A DNA stretch of 64,000 nt from Polymyxa betae A26-41. Taxonomy: Eukaryota; Protista; Endomyxa: Phytomyxea. How positions within the stretch are numbered: position 1 is the first letter of the stretch; each line of letters begins with the position of its first letter. The stretch lies in the NCBI GenBank assembly GCA_003693705.1, contig RBZT01000855.1:1-64000 (forward strand), written 5' to 3'. The notes beneath the pieces are model-generated. The model ran no database searches and was not told where the DNA came from. It saw nothing but the letters and a program-made list of their open reading frames with translations. Made by a program: the position numbers and the translations under genes. Of this stretch, positions 1-13,722 are shown piece by piece.

Positions 1-581
1 CCTTTTGGATCCTCCTATTCGTCTTCTGGATCTTATCTACCGAATAATGCTCAATCTGGACAGTCATCTTATTCGGGATCTTCTAACAATCGTTTCCGTT
101 GAGCTTCACATTTCATGAATTCATCTGTATATCTCTCCACATCATTTGTTGTCTAATAAACATTTTGATTTGCACATTCTGAGTACACGCCTTTCATTAC
201 TAAATTCAGAGAGAAACGGCGAACGTTATGGTGAACATTCAATCTTGCTATCTCATAGATCAGAATGTTGTAAGAAGATTAACTTTATGATCAATATAGA
301 GCAGAGTGAGGTTGAGAACTTCCCATACAGCAAACATCAACTAAGTTTCTCAGTGATTATGATAGAATCGCTGTATGATCATTCAGTTGCATCGCGACAT
401 GTTGAATAGTGAAAGCTGTGGTAGGGTTAGGGTTTTATGCAATGTACGCACAAGGAACAAATTAATTTAACAAAGTAAGTCGGATGGGAGGTCAAGCCCT
501 CACGCGGGCTGTTCAAGTGCGTTCAGTTCACGAACCATAGTTTAATCCTGATCGTTAATCGTTATTAACAGCAGAGCACAC

Positions 582-3500
582 ATGTTCTCGGAAACGAAGC
601 AGCGCGAACTGCTCCCGAAATCGGTTCGCCCGATACATTATGAGCTGACGTTGACGCCGGATTTGAATGGCTGTACCTTTGACGGAATCTGCTCGGTTGA
701 AGTTGAGATCGTCGAGTCCACGACAACTGTGGTGGTCAACGCTCGTGAGCTGACGATCAAATCTGTCGAGATTAGCCACAAGGTTCCCGTTGTGTCAGTA
801 GATCTAAATACTTCTAATGATTGGCTGACTGTCGTTTTCTCTAATGAACTTCCGAAAGGAAAAGCAACGATGTTAGTTGTAAATGTCTAGCGTCTACTGT
901 TTGGATTTGAGTGTCTTTTAGAGTATTCAACTACTCTGGTATCCTCAACGATAAAATGGCTGGATTCTACGCCAGCAAATATGAGCGGGATGGGGTCCAA
1001 AAGACGATGGCTGTTACTCAATTCGAGGTTTCCCGATAATTTTGATATTGGTTTGCTTTCATGAAATTCTCCCATCTAGGCCTGTGATTGTCGACGAGCG
1101 CTACCCTGCTGGGATGAGCCAGCTGTAAAAGCCACGTTTGGTGTCACGCTCGTTGTTGATGAGGTTCCCGAATACATCGTCATTTCTGGTATAGCTTCTC
1201 AGGCTGCAATAGGCGCTGACTGCTGTTAGCAACATGCCAGAGAAGCAGTGTACCGCTCTTGGCAAAGGCTTAGTCAAACGTCAATATGATCGCACACCAA
1301 TTATGTCCACATATTTGCTGGCGTTCATCGTTGGAGAATTCGATTATTGTGAAACAGTACACAGCATTATTAGTGTATCCCCTTCGTTAAAGGGTTTATC
1401 AGGTCTCTAAAGATGGCGTTACAATTCGTGTTTTCACCCCGGTTGGTGCTCGGGTTCAAGGCCAGTTTGCGCTCGATGTTGCTGTCAAAACGTTGGACTT
1501 TTACAACAGATACTTCGAGATCAAATACCCGCTGCCCAAAGTTCATATTCGCTGCTGTCAACTTCTTGATAACTAACGATTTGTGTAGCTTGACCTTCTC
1601 GCTATTCCAGATTTTGCCTCGGGTGCAATGGAAAAGGTTTGATTGTTATAATGCCTGGTGTGAGTTGTTGACTAGTTCTTATAGTAGGAATGCGCTGCAG
1701 TGCCATTTGTTTGGCTTTTCTGACCTTTGATAGTTGGGGATGCGTCACATATCGCTCAACTGCACTTCTTGTCGATCCGCAAAAGTCATCAGCATCGACC
1801 AAGCAGTACGTCGCGCTGGTTGTCGCTCACGAGTTAGCACACCAGTGGTTCGGAAATGTAATCATGCTGCTGTGTTATTGCCATCAGGCTAATATTTTGC
1901 AGTTGGTCACGATGGAATGGTGGACCGACCTTTGGCTCAATGGTACGTGCAGCTCAAACGTACGTCGTCCTTACGTATGATCAGAGGGTTTTGCGTCCTG
2001 GGTGGAATACCTTGCCGTTGATCACCTTTTTCCCGAATGGAGAATGTAACGTATTGTTTTCCAATAGCTTATTATTTACTGATTCTGATTCAGGTGGACC
2101 CAGTTCGTTTCGCAGGTATCACTGACGCAAAGTGAGTTCATTCTGCTTAAGATCTCGTAGGACTTCGGTAGCGCTTTGTCATTGGATGCCCTGCAAAACT
2201 CGCATCCCGTTGAAGTTCCAGTTCATAAAGCAGCCGAAGGTTCAGTTATTTACTATGTAACATTTCTTGTTAACCCTTCTGATAGTTGACGAAATCTTCG
2301 ACAATATCAGCTATTCCAAAGGTGAGTGCTGAACTGCTGATAAATGGCTTAGTCATTTGTATATTCGTGTCAGGTGGATCTGTCATTCGAATGCTCGTAA
2401 GCTATATGGGCGAAGAAGAATTTCGTAAAGGTATTTGTTTGTATGTTGAATTCAGTATCGTGAACCCGTATCAGGCATGGTTGTTTATCTAAATCGTCAT
2501 GCCTATGGCAATGCCAGCACCAACGATTTGTGGAACGCACTTGGGGAATCCAGCAAGAAACCGATTTCCGCTGTCATGGAAAAATGGACTCGCACGCAGG
2601 TGGTACTCTCAATCCGCTTACTAACTCTTTACTGATTTCGTTAGGGATTTCCTGTTGTTGCTGTTGATTACGATTCGGCAAATCCGTCCAACTTGCTTTT
2701 ACGACAAGATCGGTATGTGTTGCTTTCAGATTTCGTATCTTTGCTGATAATCTTAAAGATTCCTTGTAAGCGGCTTGTCTAAGGAATTTGCATCCCAAAT
2801 TTGGCCGATTCCGATTACTACCGTCACTGACATTTCAAAATCTTCGCCGATTGTGCTGTTTTCTGAGAAATCTCGTTAGCTGTCGTGAGAGGTGTTCTGG
2901 CTTCTATCTGACATCCCATATCAGAGTCGTTATCAATTGGTTCACAGAAAGCTTCGTTCATTAAATTGAATGCCGGCCAGTGCGGGGTCTATAGAGTCCT
3001 TTACTCTACTGCCATGTTTGAGAAAATCCAAAACGCTATCAAAACCGGGTTGCTTGCAGATCCAGCTGATAGGTAAGACTGATCTCATTTTTCACGAAAT
3101 TTACCATGAATCTGAACTTTCAGGCTCGGCATCCAGAACGACGCGATTGCGCTCTCGCGAGCTGGTCTGTTGAAAACTCATCAAGTTCTGCAGTTATTGC
3201 TGTCTTATATGAAAGAATCCAACTATACTGTCTGGAGCGATATCATGGTCCACACTGTGAGCGACGTCAAAGGGTTTGTTGTTCAGGCTGTCTTCAATCC
3301 CGATTCCAATATTCTTGTTGCAGATTGTTAATGATACATGATGACCTGTACAACCGTTTCAAAAAATTCATCCAAGAATTGCTGGAGCCGGTAGTTACCT
3401 CAATCGGCTGGGAACCAAAACCTTCCGACGATCATCTCACAGCTATGCTTCGCAGCCTTGTGATCCCCAAAATCGGTTCAGTTCGCAGGATTTATTACTA

Positions 3501-4235
3501 CTCTTTGTTAAAGACAAGGTTTTAGGTATTAACGGGCATTCTGCCACGATTAATGAGGCTTGCAAACGTTTCGACGCCTTCGTTGCTTCCGGATTCCAAA
3601 GCGGTTTGGTCCCCGATCTAAGAAGCGGTGTTTATAGCATCGCTTTAGCGAACCGAGGTGCAAGCGTCTACAATGTTTTGATCGATTTTTACCGAAAAAC
3701 TACTCATCAAGAAGAGAAGGTTTGCGATGGTTGTCCACAGCTTGGCGAACGTCTAACTGACTGCCAGGTCCGAATTTTGTCTTCGCTTGGAAGTGCTCAA
3801 GACTCTGCCTTGCTTCAAAAGGCTCTAGATTTCTGCTTTACTTCTGATGTTCGCAAGCAGGATATCATGTACATAATTCGTAGTGTCTCAGCTAATCCCA
3901 AAGGTGTCAAGCTCGCTTGGCTGTGGCTCAAGAATAATTACCAAAAGATCTGCGACGAATTCGGGTCCGGCCCAACGTTCAGTAGACTGATCTCGTACGC
4001 GACCAATAATTTCACCACCAGAGGAATGGCCAGTGAGGTTAAATGATCGGTCTCGTAGACTTGTAAACATATTCATTGAGTGATTCGTCAGATCTCGAAT
4101 TTCTTCTGCGCACACGCCCATGTTGGCGCTGAACGTACTGTCAAGCAGAGTTTAGAGCAGATCGAATCGATGGCATCCTGGTTGGACCGTGATCAGGCTT
4201 CCCTCCAGGATTGGCTTTATTCTCACTACCATTAA
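582..4235 (+). CDS. NPEPPS: M1 family zinc aminopeptidase (puromycin-sensitive aminopeptidase-like), many introns
   Basis: Manual splicing gives [74 protein letters not shown] (HExxH-x18-E), [12 protein letters not shown] and an ERAP1-like C-terminus. Stop TAA at 4233-4235. Confidence 0.95.
1636..1733 (+). other. Nested [D1,2] twin intron (stwintron): internal intron 1637-1684 splits the GT donor of the external intron (G1636 + 1685-1733)
   Basis: The exon must end at 1635 (GAA AA) and resume at 1734 (T TGG GGA) to give GAMENWG. The gap begins GG. Removing GTTTG...TTGAC...TTATAG (48 nt) creates G|TAGGAA...CTGAC...GATAG (50 nt). Confidence 0.85.
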
Positions 4236-4434
4236 TACAAACGCCTTTTACTGGCGGGACAATACGTAACAAAAGGATCTGACTTGTCATGTTAAATAAA
4301 AAAAGTTGCGTCATGTATCGTATTCTGTCATTTCTGTTTATCTGGCATGTCCTTAATTCCAGGACAATTCGTGTGTCATTGGCCAGCATTGGTCTCGTGT
4401 ATCTATCAGCCAGCATTGAGAGCGATTGGGGCTG

Positions 4435-7400
4435 ATGGGAAACCAGCTGGGGATCGGGCAGACAGTTAGCTCATTGCACGATCTGCCCTTGTTCCTATCG
4501 GAACTTTCGCCCTTCTTGCAATTTCGCCGAAACCTTGGTGGTGGGAAGGTTCTTTGAAAACAGCTTCCCATCCAGCATTACTTATATTTTAATAGGTGCT
4601 GAAAACTGTCGAATGCGGTTTCGGGCAGGCCCTGGTTGTGGTTAAAATATACATTAGACGGGACCCTTCGCTTTCAGCGTTAAAATCGTATTCGACTGAA
4701 CTGGAGCGAATCTCTTCTGGCCTGCAATCGTCACCATGTCTGCTTCCATATTCGTCATGGCATGTTTCTCCCCGTGCTGTCTTCTTGGTTCGTCCGTTCA
4801 TCGCCAGCAACCTACACGATCGATTTCATATGCGGCCCTTCTTGACAGAGACCGAGAAGGTGGCTTGTTTCTTTGGTTGGTAGCTCGAAACATCTAATTT
4901 AGATTTTGGAAGATTTGGATTATCTACTGTATACTGCGAGGATTGCAGGCGCTTCATGAAGCTGAGATCTGCCATTCCGATTTAAAGACAGAAAGTACAA
5001 GCACTTCCTCATCAAATTATCTACAATTAATTTCCGAGTTTAGATATCTTGTTGAACTCCTTTCAATGGGTTATAATTTCAGATATCAATGCGTTTTTCA
5101 AACCGACTCTTCTTCCGGATGATAATCCGTACGATTTCCACACGTTTTTCGAATCGCGTCGCGATCGGTCGCTTCGAAAACGATGCTATGTCGCTCCTGA
5201 AAGGTAAACAATAGAATAGATTTTAGCAGAAGCATTGGTTCGCTTTAAGGACACAAGTTGAGGTTGCACTTTAAAAGCTACTTTACTAATATCGACATAG
5301 GTTTTATGATTCGTCGTTCTCAACGACAATTGATGGCGAGGCGTTACGGCCATCGATGGATATGTTCTCGTTTGGTTGCGTCGTGGCTGAAGTGTTTCTG
5401 GAAGGCGAGGCTCTGGTTAAGCATTGGTTTTCTCCTAAATTTCACATTTGACACGTTCTCTACAGTTTGACCTGCCCCATTTATTATCGTTCAAATCCGG
5501 TCGTTACGACCCAGAACCAATCATTCAAAAAATCGCATACGCTCAAGTTCACGATTTAATTCGACAATGTATCCAGCTGGAGCCAACCAAGCGACCGAGT
5601 GCCGCTCAATGTTTAAAGGCATTCGAAGGTTTTTCTTTTTATTCTGGAGCGTGGCTTTTTGAATTCACAATCTATCTCTGCAGGCTCACTATTTCCGGAA
5701 TCGTTCACGAAGGTGTATGATGTGCTGAGCACCGTGATGAGTGACAGCGTCGACTCGCTGGACACTCGGCTGCAGATTGTTCGCAACAGTTTCACTTCGT
5801 TAATGGAGAGCATCAGTGACAACCCGCGAGCTCAAAAGTTAATGAAAGTATCAGCCGAAGAAGCAACATTGCTTCATGCCGGTATTTTGACATTTCGTTA
5901 TACTTCTGTCATTGAGTTTACAAGATGTTGTTTCACATAGAAGTGAAGTCTGCCAAGCACGATTGTCGAGTTTCTAAAGAAATTTTTGCTTATGACAATC
6001 TGATCGAAACGCTTTCCTTATTGAAAGCTAATCAGTCCGAGGATAACCCGAGTAGGCTTTCTGATGATAAAAGTTTTCACCGAAAGGAGCACGATCTTGA
6101 GGGTGTGTCTGTGCAGCCCCTCGAACAACACTTGAATCAATCGACGACCGAATCCACGTTGCCTCTAATCATGTTCGGTTAGTAGCCGCTGTTATCATGG
6201 TTTGCTGTCCCTAATGGCTAATCAGTCTGTTGCTGTATTCGAAATCTGACGCAATCGGATTCGAAAATACTGGCCCTGGATATGCTATTATCATTGGCGT
6301 ATGCAACATCGGACAGCATCCGTTTGAATCGTATTCTGCCCTATGTAGTGGCTTGTCTATCAGATCCGGCGTATGACCGAACATATCGTTTATCTGTCGA
6401 TCCGCTCATGTTCTCCGTCAGGCCATTAGTCCGGGCTGAAGCGATTTCGGTCCTGACCACGCTCGTCGTACTGGTCCAGTATATCACGGCTGCCGATAGA
6501 CATATCTGGGCTGAGTACAATTACAAACGGCATGATATTGTTTTGCTTATTTGATTGTCTAGTTACATCTTTCCTTCAATGAACAACATTCCAAATGATT
6601 CTGAAGAGTTCGTCAAAATCAGTTTCGCACAGGTCCCATACCGGCAATTCGGGCTTTGCATTGGATTTTTGAAATGGCATGCTGGCAGAATATCGCTCGT
6701 CTTGCAGATGCGTCGCGTCGGTTTCTGGACTGCGCTCGATTTGCGGAGACGACTGTTGAATCGTCGCCGACTGCCCTCGACACGTATGAGAGCGAACTCG
6801 AAGTAAACTCTAAACCCTAACCTCTCACCATTCATTGAGCCAAAAACTATAGGTCCTGCAGAATGCGGTTTGTCGTTTAGTTGGCGATACGTTAGCGAGT
6901 TCTGGGAGCTCGGTGAAGGTGGCGATGCTGTCGGATATCGCGCGGCTTGGTATTTTCTTAGGACGTGATCGATGCAATAGCTGGCTGCTGCCAATGCTTA
7001 TTACTGTTCTCAACGATCGTGATTGGCAGCTTCGAAATGGTTCGACTGCGTTTTTTTCATTACCCTCTCTTGCGCGCGCTTTGATTTTTATCGCTGAATT
7101 TCGTGCTGACATTTGCTAAGCTTTCTTCAAAAATGTAATCGGCATCTCTGTATTTGTTGGTCGAATTGCTTTCCAGAATTTCCTGCTGCCCTGTATAGAA
7201 CAGGCTCTATTCGATGTCGAAGAGACTGTTATCGTTAGTGCTCTGCAGGCATTGATCGCCCAAGTCGAAATCGGTATTTGCATGTTCCCGGCTGTGCCAG
7301 CGCAAGCCCGCTTCGTACTCAGGCTGCCATATAGGCTTATTCGAACATTCCGTTGGCATCAATGTGACGACTCGAATTGCCCCGTTATTATGTCATCCGT

Positions 7401-10133
7401 CAACCTGGATACGGATTCAGGTATTGAAGTTCTGCTCGATTGTTGTCGAACAACTGGGCCCCGCTAAAGCATACTGCCTCGTTGGCCCTTGCATTCAACC
7501 TTTTCTCAGATCACAGTCGCGCGTCTATTTACTGACAAAGTATGTCGAGAAGTCTTCATTGGTATTGTTCTGATACTGATATGAAGAGATACATTAAAGT
7601 ATAATCTAAGGCCGCCGTTGAAGCTGTCGATGTTCGTCTCGAAGACAGTCTCGGATGAAGATGCTGACCAGAGCCATGTACTGACCGCTATGATGCCCTA
7701 TATTGAAGGTGTTAGTGCTGCGCGATTACAAAAGATTCAGAGCAAACAGGCATCCGGTGACAAGACCGATGTCAGTTTCATCAATATGATGCTACCTCTA
7801 TGATTGATCTGTTTCTTTTCTAGGCTGACATCTTGCAGAGATACGTCCAGCTACCCTTGGAATTCCCCTTACTTGCCATCTCCGTTGAACACACCGTTCC
7901 AACCGCATACAAACAGGTTCACCTTTTTGTCTAAGCTGGAAATGTTTTCTGATGATATTTTTAGTCAATCGTGGTTGAAGCAGGAGTTCCTGATGTAATG
8001 CGCCCTTCAATTTCTCAGGAGAATTCGGCCTACATAGAACCCTGCATCGAATCTAATTCCACCGGTATAGTCGTCTGCTCAACTGGAAATCAGTCAGTGT
8101 TGCTAAGAGCTGTCATTATCTGCAGTTCATACAGAGTGTCATGACGATCTCGCTCGGCCTTCTGCCAAAAATATCCCTACTTTGATCGACATTTTTCAGG
8201 TTGAACAAGTTTCATTACTTGCATCGCTGAGCTCTGATCGGTTTTGTAGAATCTCGTAATTTCAAAATCTAGGAATGCCGCCAATCCTGTCTTACGCCAG
8301 GCTTCCAGCCAAGTCGCACCCTATATTTGTTCGGCACTCGGTTCGTTTGTTCTCCATCTTTTGCGTCATTATATCGACAATTGAAGTGCAGATGTTCCTG
8401 GGCCCATGTGCAATCTTGGGTCCTGCAATACGGCCTCATTATCGTCCTCCTGGGTGTATGGCAATAGTAGCCCACCATATGATCGTCGAATGGCATTACA
8501 TCCACACAGCTGGCGACCGCAAGGTATCTTAGTTGCTGAGCTGCATGATCACAGATCGGCTGTTACTCAAGTGAGGAAAGCGAAGTCGTGAGATGACGTC
8601 ATAACATTGTTCAGATTGCAGTATCGAGAGACAATCAGTTTATTTGCAGCGGCAGTATGGACGGGTCGGCAAGAATTTGGGATTGTCAGCGATTGGAAAA
8701 GTCGGTGTCAACTTCGTCGCAATTCATCTACCATATCTCTGATGGAGGCGTCTCCGCGGTTACCCTCTGTGATGCATCGCATTCGGTTGCTTTAGGCACA
8801 ACATCAGGTACATGATCATTAACACTGTTTACCCAAAATTAGTTTTGATGTATATTACAGGTTGTGTGCACGTAGTTCGCGTTGACAGGACATTAAAAAA
8901 GGATGGTAGCACTGAGAGATATGCTGGAATAACACCAATCGCGAAATTGGAACCTCGACTAGGATCTGTGACATCGGTTGGCATGAGTTTTGTCAACTGT
9001 AATGTAGTTTGTTGACGTTTTTGAAAGGTTCAACATTGCAATCGTGTATCGGAATCGTTGATCATATTCTCAACCGCGGAGGGTATTGTTAAAGGGTGGG
9101 ATTTAAGGTCGTAAAGAGTATTGATTTTGCTCCAGTTCGCTTAGTAACTGCGACAGGTCGAATCGCGACTCGTTTGAGATGAGGATTCCGTCCCACCACG
9201 GTTTATTAACTCATATGCAATTGGGACCTTCTATTCATTCTTTAGTGACCGGATCGTCTCGAAGTTTTGTGTCTCTGGTTTGATTAATATTCCTCACAAG
9301 CGTGCTCTCTTTAACGCAACTTTCTAGTTCGATATCAGATTTCACGTCCCAGTTCAGTCCTGGAGACATTCATCTCATAATTCCATATCATGCTTGAAGA
9401 CGACACCGGTTACAAGTATTACTTCCTCAAACTCACGAGCATCCTGTACGGAATCCGGTCCTCTGTTATTCATTGGAACATACTTCAGTAACAATCTGAC
9501 TGCTTTCGATCTGAATACTGGGGAGGCTAAAGCTTGTTTTGTATCTGATCCTGATGACCGTAATTCCTCGACTTTATTTATTGTGCGTTTCACTGAGAAT
9601 CTGTTTAGGTGGCGTTCCTCATTTAGAACCTGATCAGTTTAAGTATCAGCATCTGATCTCTGAACTAGGCGCATGGCCGCCCAAACCGTTTGGAAACGTT
9701 GGCGTTTCTGGGGTTTTGCATTGTCCAGGGTCGTGGGTCATTACGTCGTCCTGGAATCGCAGGATAACATTCTGGGATATTGCGGAACCGCAGGCTTCGT
9801 ATACAATCTCTGGGGGTCCAAAATTATCGGTGACGTACTCGGATCAGAAAATGCCTGGATTGGATCTCTTTGAGGTTGGGATTTACTAATTTGTCGATAT
9901 CTGTTTCAGACGTTCGCAGGATTCCATGCAGACAACCGAGGAAAGTCAGAGGAAACCAAAACGTCGGGGGCCAGTACCTGTTGACAGCTCACATGCGGAT
10001 GTTATAACCAGCATGGCTGCAGTTCAGTTGCCTCAAAAGATGCTCGTATTGCCCAATCTACGACTTTAATGACAGTCTAATTTGGGTTTAGGTTACAAGC
10101 AGCCGGGATGGAAGGATTAAAGTCTGGGTATAA
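4435..10133 (+). CDS. VPS15: VPS15/PIK3R4 (kinase-like + HEAT + WD40)
   Basis: MGNQL myristoylation-type start; SNLHDRFHMRPFLTETEK; HSDLKTEN; CYVAPERF; RLNRILPYVV; ITVLNDRDWQLR; WRPQGILVAELHDH; terminal SRDGRIKVW. Confidence 0.93.
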
Positions 10134-10243
10134 AGCAGTCATGTAAATCTTGCGTTATATATTTATCTGCATTTGCATTTTAATGCTGCATCTAATGATA
10201 CTGTTGACAATACGACAATGATTAAAAAATATTTTTCGGTGAA

Positions 10244-13200
10244 CTAGGACGCCATTTGGTCTTGTTCCTCATTTTCGTCGAGGTCGCGAACAAATGCATA
10301 CCGAAGAACCGGAAATGATCGCCTTGAACTGAATTTGGATCCCACCGATTCTGATGAAGACGTAGAAAATATGTCGTTGATCTTAGATTTCATGCCGACC
10401 TCATTCAAGTCCTGACGCGTGATCATGCCTACAATCTGCAATGTGAAATTTCAGATACTGTAATTGCAAGCACCTCTACAACAGCCATACCTGATTTTGT
10501 CTGTTGACTACTCTATACAGAACATTAAAATATGAGAAAGGTAATTCAACTCAGCACAGTTAAGTTACCCTAAGTGACGAAGACCCATGGTTCTAAACAA
10601 GTCGAACACATGAATGACTGGTGAATGTTCTTGAACGACATAAGGCGATGGGTTCATATAAGGCTATGATCATCATCAACATCGAGTCAGAAACCCATGT
10701 GTGTGTTGATTACAGTCAAGTCTATCCATAAATCAAGATCCGCTTCTGACAGCTTGACCTTTTCAATATTCGGGTACCTTGCAATCATGATAAGCAATTT
10801 ATATCAAGTTTGAGGCTAGCAAACCTGGGATATGATCCTTCAAATTGGAAATAATGAAGCCTTGGCTCAGCCTTATGAGGCGTCGGTTCTTGTTGATAAA
10901 AGTCTCGATGGATTAATATAGTGATGAGATAGTTGCGAGAGATAGATCCTCTATGATCCAATCTATCAGAACAATCCCAGTCGTGAGTACAACATCTTGA
11001 CGATATCATATTAAAGCCTTACGAATCTTCTGGAAAAGAAGCGACAACAGGATAACAATTATGAGGGGTTTTAAACACGACAGAAACTACATCTCGTACC
11101 CTGCAAACTTCCTGGATGGTAGCGACATCCTGTGTCATAATATCCTAGAAGCATTAGTCATCCAAAACCCCAAGTAATCAGCAATTTACATTGGCAATTA
11201 GATATTCAGCCACAGGAGGAGCAGAAGAGCTTAAATAAGAAAGTTTTTTCAAGTGAATATGAGCATCATACAGATTCTCATTGAACAGATCGCCAGTCCA
11301 TTTAGCAAACATCAGAGCAACCATCAAAGGTAACCCATATTGAATATTTCCAGTTGCTTCTATCAAAATTACAGTGAGTGAGATCGTCATTCGAGCCATT
11401 CCACCTAGACAGAATCAACTGTTTGGTTCTAAACTTAATAGCAGTCCACCAGACCAAGAACAGCAGCTGCTCCAATCAAAGCGTAAACACCGCTGTCAAT
11501 TTCACCAAATAGAGCAGTCCAGTTTAGGAATTCGCCTACCTAGGAACCAATAATTTCAAAACATGCACAAACACAGCCGAGCATACTTACAAGGCGACCG
11601 AATGCTGCCCCCACTAATAAATTGGGGACGAATAATCCACTCGGAATCGATAACCCATATGTCGCACAGCACAGAATGTACGTGATAATGGAAAAGATAG
11701 CTGTAGTTACGAATCCTTCATTATAGAATTATCACGGCAAAGTAGAATTTGATCGTTTGCATACCAAAGCGTTCATCAGAATGAAACAGGTTCTTCACTG
11801 CGGATTCAGCAGGATTGAAAAATAATGTAGCAGTCAAGCTGTATCGTCCCTGTTGAAAATTTGACGACTCTTAGTACAGCATTGAATACGAGTTAATACT
11901 GTTGGACAAGTGAAGCGGCGGCGCGAACTTGCTAAGCCTGACGATTCGTCATCAATGCATTCCGTTGCAAACAGCGGAACACAAATTGAAAACAGGCTGA
12001 TGCAGGCAGCAAATGAAATAGCTTCCAGAAGGCGCATATACCGCCGAGTTAGATGCAAATTTCTCCATTTGCAAATGGCAATGTTGCAGTGGTTGAACGC
12101 TGCTCCAAAGAGGCCTCCAAAAATTCCTTCATAAAAATTAACTATGAACAATGCTAAGAAACTGGAGCTTCATGCTAACCAATCATCATGAAAATAGGGA
12201 CTTCGCTTAATCCATACAAGCAGCTGCTCTGACTGAAACTTGGGAAGAGCCCGAAAGTGAACGTTGACGCGTCTCCAACCGAATCCTGTTTGCCTGCGTT
12301 CGACAATATGTTTAAGATAAATGCAGAAGATAAAGCTGTAAAGAACGCCCGAATCGTTAAAGCGGTGCTCCAAAAAGATGAACTTTCCTCTAAGTAATAG
12401 CTAAGAAAAGGGAATTAAAGGAGCTCAACTAGGACCTATAGCAAACAACACACCGCCTAGTGGAGCACCAAAAGCACAAGCTACTCCTGCCGATGTTCCA
12501 CAGGCGATGAAATCGCGTTTCTCTCTAAGAAAGGTTCAGATTTGTGCTCCAGTAAAACAACGAATTTTACCTGTCATTACGGAAAGGACGGAATAGGTTC
12601 AACTTTGTATCGATACCTAATGTCGTCGATTTGCCCTTCAAGCTGTACTTAGCTGTTACGAAATTTGATAAGAAGATCGACTACCTGCGAGATTCCAGCA
12701 CCGCATACTGCCCCAATGTGGATCATTGGTCCTTCACGTCCAATGGGTAGTCCAGAAGCGACACCGAAAACGATGCCTAATCGTATCGTCAGATTTTGCC
12801 CACGACCACCATATTTAAAGAGCGACCAATTGACTTGCAGAACAGGGTTTTTAACCGAACAGCTCTTGGAATCTTTACCCCGTTAAGTATGCACTTTATT
12901 TCTGGGATACCACTGCCAGCCGCAACTGGCTCATAATATGTCACTGCTAATGCGGAAATCGTGACCAATACAACCGATATCCCAGCATAGATTAGAACGC
13001 CATTGTACACCTTATCTGGGCTTTCAAGGCAGACCTGGCACAGTTCAATAAACATATCACTGAAAATCAGCTTAACAACCTGGACCAGTCCAAATTTGAG
13101 ATGTTCGAAAAACTTGATTCCCAGCTCAATAAGGAAAGCAATGACGGCAACACAGACGGCCACTAGGAACGTCAAGATCCAGCGCCATAAAATCTCGCTG

Positions 13201-13496
13201 CGACGATCTGCTTCAGATCGTGTCCGGATATAGATTTGCCGAACCTGAGCATGCAGGTTTAGCCATAACCAGCAACAAGACCGACATGGGAATAACCAGA
13301 GAGTTGGGGATTTCAAAGTCTGGACCAAATGAGAGACATGACTGCAGTGGTGACCGTTTAACATACCAAAGCTATCAAATTGACGTGATTGCGTTACTTT
13401 GGGGACCCCGCTCAGTGACTCAGCTGGCTTAGGCTCATGATTGTCTTCAGAAGCATCCTGTTTGCCAAGCAGCAATGGAATTGAGGCATCTTCCAT
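10244..13496 (-). CDS. CLC chloride/proton antiporter (CLC-6/7 or CLC-d-like) with CBS domains
   Basis: [57 protein letters not shown], and the CBS segments FRTMGLRH and VGMITRQDL. Confidence 0.93.
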
Positions 13497-13722
13497 TAGA
13501 AACTTTCGTTCGGCGCCTGGTGGACCTGAGCCTCGACTTGTATCGGTATGTAGATAAAATACCTATGAAGATTCCGGAGCGGAGTGCCTAAAATGACCAT
13601 GGCCAACATGCCACATGGGATATCAAGTCCGGTGAGGCCACATTCTAGAAGTATCTTTGAAGAGATGGTCGTTTATTTGGATTATTGGAATGATATTTGA
13701 TTGAAGAACCCCACAGTGGCCG

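Noticed and set aside
5204-5300. 97-nt double-length VPS15 intron as a second stwintron or micro-exon carrier
   Set aside because: Plain GT-AG removal already restores YVAPER|FY. The [D1,2], [A2,3] and micro-exon readings I tried all frameshift. An internal GAG|GT recursive site is possible but unsupported.
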